64,000 bases of DNA from an uncultured bacterium (GCA_947085505.1 CAMTWI010000004.1:129800-193799); one strand, 5' to 3'. Positions 1 through 9,933 are shown, counted from the first letter of the stretch. Numbers and translations are program-made. Notes: generated from the letters alone by a model not told the origin.

Positions 1-225
1 CCGATTCAGCACGTCGTTACTGAGAACAATGACGGCACGTTGTCGCTTCGTGTATCACGCAGTGCTGAGCTCAGTGCGGCCCGCGTGCAACTCCTTGCGG
101 CAACTAATCCGCCCTCGGCGATTGTGCAGCCGTTCTTCGAAGCCTACACCGAGAACACCGAACTCCTGCTTCAGGCATGGAAAGACGGGCTTCGCGTAGG
201 GAACGCATATCGACAACTACACTAA
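1..225 (+). CDS. 3' end of a CDS that starts upstream of the window; function unknown
   Basis: Frame 1 is open from base 1 to TAA 223-225. A hairpin terminator follows. Confidence 0.4.
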   Translation, partial: PIQHVVTENNDGTLSLRVSRSAELSAARVQLLAATNPPSAIVQPFFEAYTENTELLLQAWKDGLRVGNAYRQLH

Positions 226-230
226 GGCTC

Positions 231-262
231 GGGCCCTGGAATCTCTTCCAGGGCCCGCTTTA
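231..262 (+). terminator. intrinsic terminator-like hairpin
   Basis: GGGCCCTGGAA-TCTC-TTCCAGGGCCC (231-256) followed by GCTTTA. Confidence 0.55.
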
Positions 263-296
263 CGTATTCTTCACCAGTACGTCGTATACTTCATAC

Positions 297-689
297 ATGA
301 AAGGATTCATAAATGACATCGAGTCAGAGACGCTTGAGAACACCAACTTTAGGAAGGTGTTGTACACGGCCTCGTATATGCAACTTGTTTTGATGAGCAT
401 TCCAGCAGGTGAAGACATTGGGGAAGAGGTGCATGGACAGGACCAGTTTATCCGTATTGAGGCAGGGAACGGACAGGCAATTCTAGACGACGTCTCGCAT
501 GATATTGCGGACGGATCCGCTCTTGTTATACCAGCAGGTACCAAACACAATATTGTGAACGTAGGAGGCGAGGAACTGAAACTGTATTCAATCTACGCGA
601 CACCACATCACAAGGATGATGTGGTGCATAAAACTAAGGCAGATGCGGAGAAGGACGAGGAGGAGTTTCTAGGGGACACCACGGAGTAA
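297..689 (+). CDS. cupin domain protein
   Basis: Track ORF 177..689 trimmed to the internal Met at 297. Single-domain size with a cupin motif-2-like PAGTKHNIVN. Confidence 0.7.
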   Translation: MKGFINDIESETLENTNFRKVLYTASYMQLVLMSIPAGEDIGEEVHGQDQFIRIEAGNGQAILDDVSHDIADGSALVIPAGTKHNIVNVGGEELKLYSIYATPHHKDDVVHKTKADAEKDEEEFLGDTTE

Positions 690-737
690 GCAGAGTCCGG
701 TAAGGTTTTCATGCTACGAGCGTCTATACTTCTATAC

Positions 738-1286
738 ATGAAGAACACACCATCCATAGTGCTGGCTCTAGCCTTTGCCGTACTCGCTGTTCCCGCCATA
801 ACCCAGGCGGAGACTCCGACAATGTGCACCATGCAGTACGACCCGGTCTGCGGTACAGAAAAGGGTGTTTACAAGACGTACGGAAACAGCTGCGTGCTCG
901 GTGCTGAAGGTGCGACGTACCAACACAAAGGCGAGTGCACTGCTGCTGAGCTTAATGGAAAGCAAGAAGGAACCTATACGCCTCCAGCGAACTGCACCTC
1001 CTGGTTTGATGGGTGTAACAGCTGTAGCAAGAACGCAAACGGCCAAGCTATGTGCACACTTATGGCTTGCATGGGAGAGCCGGCTGCAGGGTATTGCAGA
1101 GCCTATGGAGAAACAACACCTAAGCCAGTCCCGTCCTCACCTCCGTCAGAGACTGTTGGGAGTGGCAGTATTGAGCCTGTAGAGGCTGAGATAGTTGTTG
1201 AAGCCACAACAACGGTTGAGACCGATCCAGGATTCTTCTTTGCCATCTGGAGAGCTATTGTTGCGTGGTTCCAAGGACTCTTCTAA
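738..1286 (+). CDS. secreted Cys-rich protein with a Kazal-like module
   Basis: Signal peptide MKNTPSIVLALAFAVLAVPAITQA. YDPVCG...TYGNSC...HKGEC spacing resembles a Kazal inhibitor domain, but only 4 Cys are present. A second Cys-rich module and a hydrophobic C-terminus follow. Start chosen from TATACT(725-730)-N7-ATG. Confidence 0.6.
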   Translation: MKNTPSIVLALAFAVLAVPAITQAETPTMCTMQYDPVCGTEKGVYKTYGNSCVLGAEGATYQHKGECTAAELNGKQEGTYTPPANCTSWFDGCNSCSKNANGQAMCTLMACMGEPAAGYCRAYGETTPKPVPSSPPSETVGSGSIEPVEAEIVVEATTTVETDPGFFFAIWRAIVAWFQGLF

Positions 1287-1298
1287 TCCTGTGGTGCT

Positions 1299-1327
1299 TT
1301 GACTAAGCTTCCCACTTCGGGCATATT
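1299..1327 (+). promoter_or_regulatory. sigma70-type promoter, predicted leaderless start at 1334
   Basis: TTGACT (1299-1304), 17 nt spacer, CATATT (1322-1327), then 6 nt to the ATG at 1334. Confidence 0.55.
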
Positions 1328-1333
1328 TTATGG

Positions 1334-1747
1334 ATGAGCGAAGAAAGAATTCCCCAGAAAAAGGTAACTCCTTCGGTTGAGGAGATCTCACGTCAGGCGC
1401 GTCGCATGCTTGAAGCGCAAAATGCTGAAATAACAGATACATGGTCGAAAATAGCAGACTTCAAGGAACGAATCGAGGCGGGTCGCAAGAAAGATGCTGA
1501 TTTACTCGCAGAGCTTGAGGCACAAAAAGACACTATTCCTGGAATAGCTGAGCTTATTGCCCGGCATACTGCAAGTATGAAGCTGTTTAATGAGGCCATG
1601 GAAGCTGAACTAACTGCTCTCGAGGCCATAACTACCAAGCTAGAAGAAGGGAGAGCAGCGCTTCAAGCAGGTTTAGATGAACTTCACACGACCCAACTAG
1701 AAACATTGGACATCAATACACCTGGATCTAAAACAACGATGCAATGA
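1334..1747 (+). CDS. coiled-coil hypothetical protein, first gene of the grpE-dnaK unit
   Basis: 137-aa charged, heptad-like sequence. Its stop overlaps the grpE start by 4 nt (ATGA). Confidence 0.6.
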   Translation: MSEERIPQKKVTPSVEEISRQARRMLEAQNAEITDTWSKIADFKERIEAGRKKDADLLAELEAQKDTIPGIAELIARHTASMKLFNEAMEAELTALEAITTKLEEGRAALQAGLDELHTTQLETLDINTPGSKTTMQ

Positions 1748-2298
1748 ACATGAACGACGACGTTGTAGTTGAGCGCGACGGCTCCGAAGAAGATGGTATG
1801 AGCGAGGTTGAGCTCGAGGAGCGTGAGTCGCGTGCTGATACGAAGCTCTCAAAAATCAAAAAAGAACTTGATGTCTGCAAGAAGGAGCGTCAGGAACATC
1901 TTGATGGATGGCAGCGTGCTAAGGCAGACTATGTAAATGCGCTTAAACGTTTCGAAGAGGAGCGTATGGACGCGGTGAAGCTCGGTACCGTTAAGGCATC
2001 ACGTGCATTCATAACCGCCATGGACTCACTCGCTCGTGCGGAAAGTGCTGGGGAGATTCCTGCATCCTTCCAAGCTATTGCAAAGCAGCTTCATGACGCG
2101 GCGAATTCGCTTGGACTCCAGACTTTCGGAGCTCCTGGAGAGGCATTTGACCCAATGCTCCATGAGGCGTTTGGCCAAGACCCGGTAGATACGAAAGAGA
2201 AGGACGACATTATCACAGTGGTTCTTGAGCCAGGGTGGAGGGCAGGCGACCTCGTGGTGCGTCCAGCCAAAGTACGGGTAGGGAGCTTCGAAGGCTAG
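1744..2298 (+). CDS. grpE: nucleotide exchange factor GrpE
   Basis: GrpE C-terminal region DPMLHEAFGQ...VVLEPGWRAGDLVVRPAKVRV; lies upstream of dnaK. Confidence 0.9.
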   Translation: MNMNDDVVVERDGSEEDGMSEVELEERESRADTKLSKIKKELDVCKKERQEHLDGWQRAKADYVNALKRFEEERMDAVKLGTVKASRAFITAMDSLARAESAGEIPASFQAIAKQLHDAANSLGLQTFGAPGEAFDPMLHEAFGQDPVDTKEKDDIITVVLEPGWRAGDLVVRPAKVRVGSFEG

Positions 2299-2393
2299 GG
2301 ACTTGAACCCCGGCGCAGGAAGCGTAAAATGAAGGGACTTGGGCGCGAGGGCGTTTTTGTAAGGGTTTCTCTAATAACCTAACTAATTTCACT

Positions 2394-4283
2394 ATGGGAA
2401 AGATTCTCGGTATCGATCTGGGCACCACCAACTCCGCCATGGCAATCATGGAGGGTGGCGAGGCTCGCGTTCTTGAGAACGCAGAAGGTACCCGCACTAC
2501 TCCTTCGGTTGTTGCTATCGCAAAGAATGGCGAGCGCCTCGTGGGTACACTCGCGAAGCGTCAGGCAGTAACCAATCCGAAGAACACTATTTACGGCATC
2601 AAGCGCTTTATGGGCCATGCTTTTAAGGACGATGTGGTACAGAAGGATAAGGATGTTGTGCCGTACGAAATTAAGGCAGGACCTAATGGCGGCGTTGAGG
2701 TACGGCTCGCGGACAAGGACTATCGTCCTGAGGAAGTATCCGCGATGATTCTGGCCAAAATGAAGGCTGACGCAGAGAAGAAGCTTGGCGAGACTATCAC
2801 TCAGGCGGTTATCACCGTGCCTGCATACTTTGACGATGCACAGCGTGCAGCAACAAAGGCGGCCGGACAGGTTGCAGGTCTCGAGGTACTTCGCATCATC
2901 AACGAGCCAACGGCAGCAGCACTCGCGTACGGCTTTAACAAGAAGAAAGAAGAGAAGATTGTTGTCTACGACTTCGGAGGAGGAACATTCGACGTGTCCG
3001 TGCTTGAGGTTGGCGATGATGTTATTGAGGTGAAGTCTACCGATGGCGACAGCCACATGGGTGGCAGGGATATCGATCAGAAGATTGTTCGCTATCTTGC
3101 GGACGAGTTTAAGAAGGAGTCTGGTATCGACGTAACGAAGGATCCTCTCGCGCTTCAGCGTCTTGATGAGGGTGCTGAGAAGGCAAAGCACGAGCTCTCA
3201 ACGTCTTCTGAGACTGAAGTGAACATCCCGTTCATCACCGTTGGTTCTGACGGCAATCCGCAGCATCTTCTTGTGAAGCTCACACGTGCGAATCTGGAAT
3301 CCCTTTCAGATGAGTACATTGCTCGCTCGATTGACATAACAAAGCGCGCACTTGAAGCGTCCGGAATCAAGGCGTCTGACGTAAACGAGGTTATTCTCGT
3401 CGGTGGTCAGACCCGCATGCCAAAGATTCAGGAAGAGGTTGAGAAGCTCTTTGGTAAGAAGCCGCATCGCGATGTAAACCCGGACGAGGTAGTGGCTATT
3501 GGTGCTGCTATTCAGGCGGGTATTCTTCAGGGAGATGTGAAGGACATTCTTCTCGTGGATGTTATTCCACTCTCACTCTCAATTGAGACCATGGGTGGTG
3601 TCGCGACGAAGCTTATTGAGCGCAATACTGCGGTTCCAACCTCTCGCAGCCAGACATTCTCAACGGCTTCAGACAACCAGACCAGCGTTGAGATTCACAT
3701 TACGCAGGGCGAGCGCGCTATGGCAGCTGATAACAAGTCTCTCGGACGCTTTATGCTCGACGGCATTCCACCGGCACCTCGCGGACTCCCGCAAGTTGAG
3801 GTTTCTTTTGACCTTGATACCAACGGTATCCTTACCGTAAAGGCAGTAGAGAAGACAACGGGTAAGGAGCAGTCTATCCGTATTGAGGGCTCTACAGGTC
3901 TTTCTGAAGCTGACATCGAGAAGATGAAAGCAGACGCTGAAGCACACGCAGGAGAGGATGCGAAGCGTAAGGAACTCGTTGAAGCAAAGAATCTTGCAGA
4001 GCAGATGATCTACACAGCAGAGAAGGCGGTGAAGGACGCAGGGGAGAAAGCACCTGCCGAGGTTGTTACGGAAGTGAACGAAAAGGTTGCAGGACTTCGC
4101 ACCGCACGAGACGGAGACGATATCGAGGCAATTAAGACAGCTTCTGAAGCACTCTCAACATCGCTCTCAAAGATTGGAGAGGCAATGATGAAGGATCAGC
4201 CACAGCCAGCTACTGAAGGCGAGCCCGCTCCTGAAGCCGGACCAACAGACGCTGAGTTCAGCGAAGAGAAGCCAAAGGAATAA
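2394..4283 (+). CDS. dnaK: molecular chaperone DnaK (Hsp70)
   Basis: 629 aa with [19 protein letters not shown] and [11 protein letters not shown] motifs. Confidence 0.98.
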   Translation: MGKILGIDLGTTNSAMAIMEGGEARVLENAEGTRTTPSVVAIAKNGERLVGTLAKRQAVTNPKNTIYGIKRFMGHAFKDDVVQKDKDVVPYEIKAGPNGGVEVRLADKDYRPEEVSAMILAKMKADAEKKLGETITQAVITVPAYFDDAQRAATKAAGQVAGLEVLRIINEPTAAALAYGFNKKKEEKIVVYDFGGGTFDVSVLEVGDDVIEVKSTDGDSHMGGRDIDQKIVRYLADEFKKESGIDVTKDPLALQRLDEGAEKAKHELSTSSETEVNIPFITVGSDGNPQHLLVKLTRANLESLSDEYIARSIDITKRALEASGIKASDVNEVILVGGQTRMPKIQEEVEKLFGKKPHRDVNPDEVVAIGAAIQAGILQGDVKDILLVDVIPLSLSIETMGGVATKLIERNTAVPTSRSQTFSTASDNQTSVEIHITQGERAMAADNKSLGRFMLDGIPPAPRGLPQVEVSFDLDTNGILTVKAVEKTTGKEQSIRIEGSTGLSEADIEKMKADAEAHAGEDAKRKELVEAKNLAEQMIYTAEKAVKDAGEKAPAEVVTEVNEKVAGLRTARDGDDIEAIKTASEALSTSLSKIGEAMMKDQPQPATEGEPAPEAGPTDAEFSEEKPKE

Positions 4284-4299
4284 GACACTTCGCGTGTTT

Positions 4300-4338
4300 C
4301 AATGGCCGTGGCATTCGCTACGGCCATTGACTTTTATG
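4300..4338 (+). terminator. intrinsic terminator after dnaK
   Basis: CAATGGCCGT / ACGGCCATTG stem followed by ACTTTTATG. Confidence 0.7.
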
Positions 4339-4355
4339 TTCTTATGGTGTATTAT
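4327..4355 (+). promoter_or_regulatory. sigma70-type promoter for the 4409 gene
   Basis: TTGACT (4327-4332), 17 nt spacer, TATTAT (4350-4355). The downstream leader carries a GGAG SD. Confidence 0.6.
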
Positions 4356-4408
4356 TGTATTAACGTTACTTGGGTCCCTCAGGGGACACGCAACACGGAG
4401 ATCCTTTA

Positions 4409-4792
4409 ATGACCAGCATCAAAGTACTCGGACTCGCGGCGTTCGCGGTTATGGTCTTCGCGACCAGCGCTTCGGCGCAATCTGTGACGCCCGATCCTTC
4501 GACCTGCACTGACGTGCAGGTCGGGGGCAAGCGCTTCATGCGCTGTCCGGACGGTCACTCATACGAGTGGCAAACGATAAACAATCGCAGTGTTTTGGTA
4601 CGGATTCAAACCCTTACCAATCCGTATGACGCGGATCGTCTGCGAGACGCCGAGCGGTACCAGAACCAGTACGGCTACTACTACGCCTTCCCGGACACTC
4701 GCTTTGGCAGAGACCCGTGTGAGCGGAGGAGTCAAATTACCGGCCGGCCCGTCATCTCCGAAAGGTGCGATCGGGCACGTCGTGGCTACTGA
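4409..4792 (+). CDS. secreted hypothetical protein
   Basis: Internal Met with a GGAG SD. Signal peptide MTSIKVLGLAAFAVMVFATSASAQ. Has its own promoter and terminator between dnaK and dnaJ. Confidence 0.6.
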   Translation: MTSIKVLGLAAFAVMVFATSASAQSVTPDPSTCTDVQVGGKRFMRCPDGHSYEWQTINNRSVLVRIQTLTNPYDADRLRDAERYQNQYGYYYAFPDTRFGRDPCERRSQITGRPVISERCDRARRGY

Positions 4793-4816
4793 AAACACTC
4801 CGACTACGAGTGTGAT

Positions 4817-4856
4817 AACGGGCGGTCTTCCTTGAGAAGACCGCCCGTTTTGATTT
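4817..4856 (+). terminator. intrinsic terminator
   Basis: AACGGGCGGTCTTC-CTTGA-GAAGACCGCCCGTT followed by TTGATTT. Confidence 0.75.
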
Positions 4857-4870
4857 ATATAGATGAGATT

Positions 4871-4899
4871 TTGCTACAAAAAATTACCAGGTGTATAGT
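4871..4899 (+). promoter_or_regulatory. sigma70-type promoter, predicted leaderless dnaJ
   Basis: TTGCTA (4871-4876), 17 nt spacer, TATAGT (4894-4899), then 6 nt to the ATG at 4906. Confidence 0.6.
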
Positions 4900-4905
4900 G
4901 GCCGT

Positions 4906-5976
4906 ATGGCGAAGAACTATTACGACATACTCGGCGTCGACAAGAAGGCCACTCAAGACGACGTTAAAAAGGCGTTTCGTAAGCTTGCGCAGAAGCACCA
5001 TCCTGATAAGGGTGGGGATGAGTCTAGGTTTAAGGAAATAACAGAAGCGTATAGCACCCTCTCAGACGAGAAGAAGCGTCGTGAGTACGATTCATACGGT
5101 CAAACGTTTCAAGGAGGAGGAGCTGGCGGGTACGGAGGCTTTGATCCGTCTCAATTTGGTGGCTTCGGGCAGGGTGGCGTTGAGTTCGATCTGAACGATC
5201 TCTTCGAGGGATTTGGAGACATATTCGGCGGAAGAGGAGGACGCTCTCGTGTGAAGCGTGGGCGAGACATTTCTATTGATATCGAGGCAACCTTTAAAGA
5301 GTCTATCCTTGGCGGTAGCCGCTCCGTACTCCTCACTAAAGTAGGTACCTGCAACACGTGTGAGGGTTCCGGTGCAAAGCCTGGAACCGAACTTGAGACC
5401 TGCAAGACCTGTAACGGGCAGGGCAAGATGCATGAGACGCGTAACTCGCCCTTGGGCGCGTTTACAAGCGTTCGATCATGCTCTGTGTGTGAAGGCTCGG
5501 GAAAGCTTCCGAAAGAGAAGTGTTCGACTTGCTCCGGACACGGTGTAGAGCGCCGCGAAGAGGAAATCAAGATTCAGATTCCAAAGGGTATTGATGGCGG
5601 GGAGATGATTCGTATGCCAGGACAGGGTGAAGCCATCAAAGGTGGGGTCTCCGGGGATCTGTATGTGAAGGTGCACGTGAAGCCGCATTCGGTATTTAAG
5701 AAAGAAGGCATGAACCTTGTGATGAACATGCCTATGAAGCTTACGGACGCGCTTCTTGGCACCACTGCAACCATCACCACCATCGACGAGAAGAAGCTTG
5801 AGGTGAAGATCCCAGCTATGAATGAGGCACAACAGACACTTCGCTTGCGAGGAAAAGGAGTCTCTATCGACGGACACGAGGGCGACCTCCTTATTCGTTT
5901 AACCGCGACCTTACCGAAGAAGATCTCAGGCAAGGCAAAGAAGGCAATCGAAGAATTGAAGAGCGAAGGACTCTAG
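4906..5976 (+). CDS. dnaJ: co-chaperone DnaJ
   Basis: J domain with HPDK, a G/F-rich linker and four CxxCxGxG repeats. Start moved from the track GTG at 4891 to MAKNYYDILGV. Confidence 0.95.
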   Translation: MAKNYYDILGVDKKATQDDVKKAFRKLAQKHHPDKGGDESRFKEITEAYSTLSDEKKRREYDSYGQTFQGGGAGGYGGFDPSQFGGFGQGGVEFDLNDLFEGFGDIFGGRGGRSRVKRGRDISIDIEATFKESILGGSRSVLLTKVGTCNTCEGSGAKPGTELETCKTCNGQGKMHETRNSPLGAFTSVRSCSVCEGSGKLPKEKCSTCSGHGVERREEEIKIQIPKGIDGGEMIRMPGQGEAIKGGVSGDLYVKVHVKPHSVFKKEGMNLVMNMPMKLTDALLGTTATITTIDEKKLEVKIPAMNEAQQTLRLRGKGVSIDGHEGDLLIRLTATLPKKISGKAKKAIEELKSEGL

Positions 5977-6012
5977 AGTGCACAGTACGTATCCGTTAGC
6001 ACGGCGTGTGTC

Positions 6013-6021
6013 TGCTATGCT
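6013..6021 (+). promoter_or_regulatory. extended -10 promoter, leaderless start at 6028
   Basis: TGcTATGCT, then 6 nt to the ATG at 6028. Confidence 0.5.
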
Positions 6022-6027
6022 AACCGT

Positions 6028-6534
6028 ATGGATGTCGTTAACCAGTTTGCAACCGGCGGGTTTGGATCAATTGTGACCTTCTTCGGGAACTTCCTTGTTC
6101 TTGTTGTTATAGCGGCGCTACTGTTCTTCTTTGCGCTTCGTGCGGGGCGAGCGATGCTCATTTCTCTTATACTCGCCCTCTATGTAGGATTCGCACTCTT
6201 TACGGTATTTCCGTACAAGGAGATGTTTCTTGTAGGGGACTCTGCACTTGTTCGGGCAGTTGCCGGAATCACACTCTTTGCAGTGTTTACCTTCTTCCCG
6301 TACATACTTCTCCGGCGGGTTGCCACGTCTGGCTCTATGCGAATTAATCCCATAGTGCTTTCTCTCCTTGCTCTTGTTACCGGGGGCTTCGTACTAGCGC
6401 TCGGGTATCACGTACTTGATATTGCAGCAGTTATCCCGCTTACCCCGTCTCTTGATGCTCTGTTTGCACCAGACAAGTACTTCTTCTGGTGGTTTGTAGC
6501 ACCAATGATCGGCGTGTACGCTACAGCCCGTTAA
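6028..6534 (+). CDS. multi-pass membrane protein, function unknown
   Basis: 168 aa with 4-5 hydrophobic helices. Confidence 0.6.
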   Translation: MDVVNQFATGGFGSIVTFFGNFLVLVVIAALLFFFALRAGRAMLISLILALYVGFALFTVFPYKEMFLVGDSALVRAVAGITLFAVFTFFPYILLRRVATSGSMRINPIVLSLLALVTGGFVLALGYHVLDIAAVIPLTPSLDALFAPDKYFFWWFVAPMIGVYATAR

Positions 6535-6582
6535 TTACACCACGTGCGGCTTTATGAAGTTCGTGGTATAATCCGAGGCTCT

Positions 6583-8382
6583 ATGGAGTCTATAGAAAAG
6601 AAAAAGAAAGCGGTTCGCTCGGTGCCTGTGCTTCGAGCGTATTTTTCCGCTGGAAAGAAGTATCCGTGGCTCGTTACTTCGCTTCTTCTCGGCAGCTTCC
6701 TTATAGAAATTGCAGGCGTCATCTCTCCGCTGTTTATCAAGCAGTTTATAGACCAGATCTCTGAAGGAGATGTCTCTGACGGAGTTGCATATGGACTCTT
6801 TGTAATACTCGGATTCTACGGACTTACCATGCTCATGGGGTGGATCGGACGCCGTATCCAGATGCTCTCCATGATGTATCTCGAGGCGAAGGTGATGGTC
6901 GACCTATACAACAAAGCATTCGCCTACCTTATTGGTCATTCCCACGACTTCTTTACAAAGAACTTCGCAGGATCGTTACAGCGTCGTATAAGCAGGTATG
7001 CGCAGTCCTTTGAGTCGGTTGTTGACATCTTTACGTTCAGTTTCTTTTCAACCGCGGTCTTCTCGGTGGGTGTGATTATCGTCCTTATCCAGCGGAATAT
7101 TTATATCGGGCTCGGGATCCTCGTATGGACGATCCTGTTCATCTGGATACAGATGGTTATGACAAAGTGGCGACAGCCGCTTCGTGTTAAGCGTGCAGCG
7201 GAGGAAAGTAATGTCACGGGTGTGCTTTCAGATTCCGTAAGTAACCAGTCAACCATAAGCCTGTTTGCAGCAGACCGACATGAACGCAGTATCCTTGGCA
7301 ACGCTCTCGGAAAGTGGTACCGCGCGACCATGAAATCATGGACTGCAGATGTATGGATCATGGGCGTTCAGGGGATCTTCGCGATCATCATAGAACTCGC
7401 GCTCCTCGGTGGTGCCGTACTGCTCTGGCAGCAAGGCCTCATCACTATTGGTGACTTCGTACTCATCCAGGTTTACATCATTGGGCTTGTTGACCGCGTG
7501 TGGGGAATCGGGAGTTCTATGCGCCGCCTCTTTACGGCGCTTGCGGATGCAAACGAGATGGTAGAGATATTCGACACACCGCATGCGGTCATGGATGCTC
7601 CAGACGCAAGGCCGCTCATTGTCCGGAACGGCGAGATACGCGCAGAGAATGTATCCTTTGGGTTCAACGAGGAACGCATCATTCTCAAGAGCTTCACGCT
7701 AAACGTTAGTGCGGGCGAGAAGGTGGCACTCGTAGGCCCTTCGGGAGCTGGTAAGTCCACCGTAACAAAGCTCCTTCTGCGCATGTACGACGTGACCAGC
7801 GGATCGATTCGCGTTGATGGGCAGGATATCGCAAAAGTCACCCAGGAGAGTCTTAGAGAGAACATCTCCTTCGTTCCGCAGGAACCTATTCTGTTCCATC
7901 GCTCTTTGCGAGACAATATACGCTACGGACGCCCTGAAGCGACCGACGAAGAAGTTATCGATGCTGCGAAGAAAGCTCACTGTCATGAGTTCATCGCATC
8001 GCTTGCCGAAGGGTACGAGACGCACGTGGGAGAACGAGGCGTGAAGCTATCAGGAGGCGAGCGTCAGCGCGTCGCCATCGCTCGTGCCATCCTTAAGAAT
8101 GCGCCGATTCTTATTCTGGACGAGGCAACATCTGCTCTTGATTCAGAGTCCGAGGCACTCATTCAGGACGCCCTTCGAGTTCTGATGGAAGGTAAGACGG
8201 TTATTGTTATTGCACATCGACTCTCTACCATCATGACCATGGACCGCATTATCGTTATTGAGGGCGGAAAGATTGCTGCTGAGGGAACCCATGACGAGCT
8301 CGTGACCCATAAGGGTGGTCTGTATCAGAAGCTGTGGAGCATCCAAGCGGGCGGGTTCCTTGACGACAGCAAGACGGTATAG
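6583..8382 (+). CDS. ABC transporter, fused permease and ATP-binding protein (MsbA-like exporter type)
   Basis: Six-TM N-terminal half. Walker A GPSGAGKST, signature LSGGERQR, Walker B ILILDEATS. Start at the Met after TGgTATAAT (6564-6572). Confidence 0.9.
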   Translation: MESIEKKKKAVRSVPVLRAYFSAGKKYPWLVTSLLLGSFLIEIAGVISPLFIKQFIDQISEGDVSDGVAYGLFVILGFYGLTMLMGWIGRRIQMLSMMYLEAKVMVDLYNKAFAYLIGHSHDFFTKNFAGSLQRRISRYAQSFESVVDIFTFSFFSTAVFSVGVIIVLIQRNIYIGLGILVWTILFIWIQMVMTKWRQPLRVKRAAEESNVTGVLSDSVSNQSTISLFAADRHERSILGNALGKWYRATMKSWTADVWIMGVQGIFAIIIELALLGGAVLLWQQGLITIGDFVLIQVYIIGLVDRVWGIGSSMRRLFTALADANEMVEIFDTPHAVMDAPDARPLIVRNGEIRAENVSFGFNEERIILKSFTLNVSAGEKVALVGPSGAGKSTVTKLLLRMYDVTSGSIRVDGQDIAKVTQESLRENISFVPQEPILFHRSLRDNIRYGRPEATDEEVIDAAKKAHCHEFIASLAEGYETHVGERGVKLSGGERQRVAIARAILKNAPILILDEATSALDSESEALIQDALRVLMEGKTVIVIAHRLSTIMTMDRIIVIEGGKIAAEGTHDELVTHKGGLYQKLWSIQAGGFLDDSKTV

Positions 8383-8410
8383 CGCGTGGGCGTGATACGA
8401 TATTTGCATC

Positions 8411-9874
8411 ATGTCAGCACTCGACGAAATACGCGCAGAAAAGCTACGCAAACTGAAGCTCCTTGAAGCTGCGGGGAGGAATCCCTACCCCAACAATGCC
8501 AGGCGTACGCATGAGATCGGACAGATCTTAGGGGGATTTAATGTGCTTGAGACTGAGGGTGGGAGTATCGTTGCTGATGGAAGGATTCGCTCCATTCGAA
8601 CCCATGGTGGCTCTTCGTTCGTTGATATCGATGACGGGACCGGCAAGATGCAGTTGTTTTTGAAGAAGGACGAGATTGGCGAAGAGGCGTTTACACTCTT
8701 TATCGACACTATTGATATTGGGGACTTTGTTGAGGCAACCGGAGTACCTATGCGCACCAAAAGCGGACAAGAAAGTCTTCTTGTTTCGGATTGGCGAATC
8801 CTTTCGAAGACGCTTCGTCCCATTCCAGACGAGTGGTATGGGTTCTCAGACGAAGACGAGCGATTCCGTCGCCGATATCTCGACATGCTTCTTAACAAGG
8901 AGGTTCTTGAGAACGCAAAGAAGCGTTCGGTCTTCTGGAATGCGTTCCGGACGTATCTTCTATCCCGCGAGTTCATTGAGGTCGAAACCCCAGTACTTGA
9001 GAACACCACCGGGGGCGCAGAGGCGCGTCCTTTTATTACGCACCACAACGCACTCAACATTGATGTGTATCTTCGTATCTCTGCAGGCGAGCTCTGGCAG
9101 AAGATGCTTCTTGTTGGAGGGCTTCCAAAGACATTTGAGATAGGTCGTATCTTCAGAAACGAAGGTATGTCCCGCGAGCATCTCCAGGACTACACCCAAC
9201 TTGAGTTTTACCAGGCTTATTCAGATTATGAGGAGGGTATGCGCATGGTTACCGATATGTACCGTTTCGTGGCGCAAGAAACCTTCGGTACTCTTGAGTT
9301 CACTATTGGCGAGCACCAGGTTGATCTATCGAAAGACTGGGAAGTCTATGACTTCTGCGAGGTTATAAAGAAGGAATACGATATTGATCCCCTAACTGTT
9401 TCTCTTGAAGAGGTTAAGGCGGCACTTAAGAAGGCCGGTATAGAGAAGGACGCTGATTCTATGAGTATCGGGCGTGGTGTTGATCTCCTGTGGAAGCGCA
9501 TACGGAAGGGTATTGCCGGCCCTGGATTCCTTATTGGTGTTCCGGTGTACCTTGAGCCACTTGCGAAAAGAAGCGAGAAGAATGCGGAGATTGTAGAGCG
9601 CTTCCAGATTATCCTTGCAGGAAGCGAGATGGGTAAAGGATTCTCTGAGCTCAACAATCCTATCGACCAGAAGGATCGATTTCTTGCGCAGCAGGCTCTC
9701 CGCGATGCCGGGGACGACGAGGCGCAGATGGCGGACATGGATTTCGTTGAAGCGCTTGAGTACGGCATGCCACCTTCGTTTGGGTTTGGACTCTCTGAGA
9801 GACTCTTTAGTTTCCTTATGAACAAGGACGTACGCGAGACGCAGCTGTTTCCGTTGATGCGGCCAAGAGAATAG
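8411..9874 (+). CDS. lysS: lysine--tRNA ligase, class II
   Basis: 487 aa; OB-fold N-domain plus class II core (FRNEGMS, GFGLSERL). Confidence 0.95.
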   Translation: MSALDEIRAEKLRKLKLLEAAGRNPYPNNARRTHEIGQILGGFNVLETEGGSIVADGRIRSIRTHGGSSFVDIDDGTGKMQLFLKKDEIGEEAFTLFIDTIDIGDFVEATGVPMRTKSGQESLLVSDWRILSKTLRPIPDEWYGFSDEDERFRRRYLDMLLNKEVLENAKKRSVFWNAFRTYLLSREFIEVETPVLENTTGGAEARPFITHHNALNIDVYLRISAGELWQKMLLVGGLPKTFEIGRIFRNEGMSREHLQDYTQLEFYQAYSDYEEGMRMVTDMYRFVAQETFGTLEFTIGEHQVDLSKDWEVYDFCEVIKKEYDIDPLTVSLEEVKAALKKAGIEKDADSMSIGRGVDLLWKRIRKGIAGPGFLIGVPVYLEPLAKRSEKNAEIVERFQIILAGSEMGKGFSELNNPIDQKDRFLAQQALRDAGDDEAQMADMDFVEALEYGMPPSFGFGLSERLFSFLMNKDVRETQLFPLMRPRE

Positions 9875-9881
9875 TTTGCAT

Positions 9882-9916
9882 AAAAAAGCGCCCAGAGTTT
9901 CCTCTGGGCGCTTAAA
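9882..9916. terminator. bidirectional terminator between convergent lysS and hisS
   Basis: AAGCGCCCAGAG-TTTC-CTCTGGGCGCTT flanked by A-rich and T-rich runs. Confidence 0.7.
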
Positions 9917-9933
9917 GTTCGATCTCACCGGTC

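Noticed and set aside
2379-3191. 270-aa ORF on the minus strand
   Set aside because: It lies entirely antisense to dnaK, a shadow ORF of a highly conserved gene. It has no start signals, and its Leu/Cys/Arg-rich composition is typical of antisense frames.
6004-6031. CIRCE-like inverted repeat TTAGCAC...TGCTAA downstream of dnaJ
   Set aside because: Only the outer 6-7 nt match CIRCE, and the inner TC/GA and the 9-nt spacing do not. The same bases form a TGcTATGCT extended -10 placed exactly 6 nt before the ATG at 6028, which explains them better.
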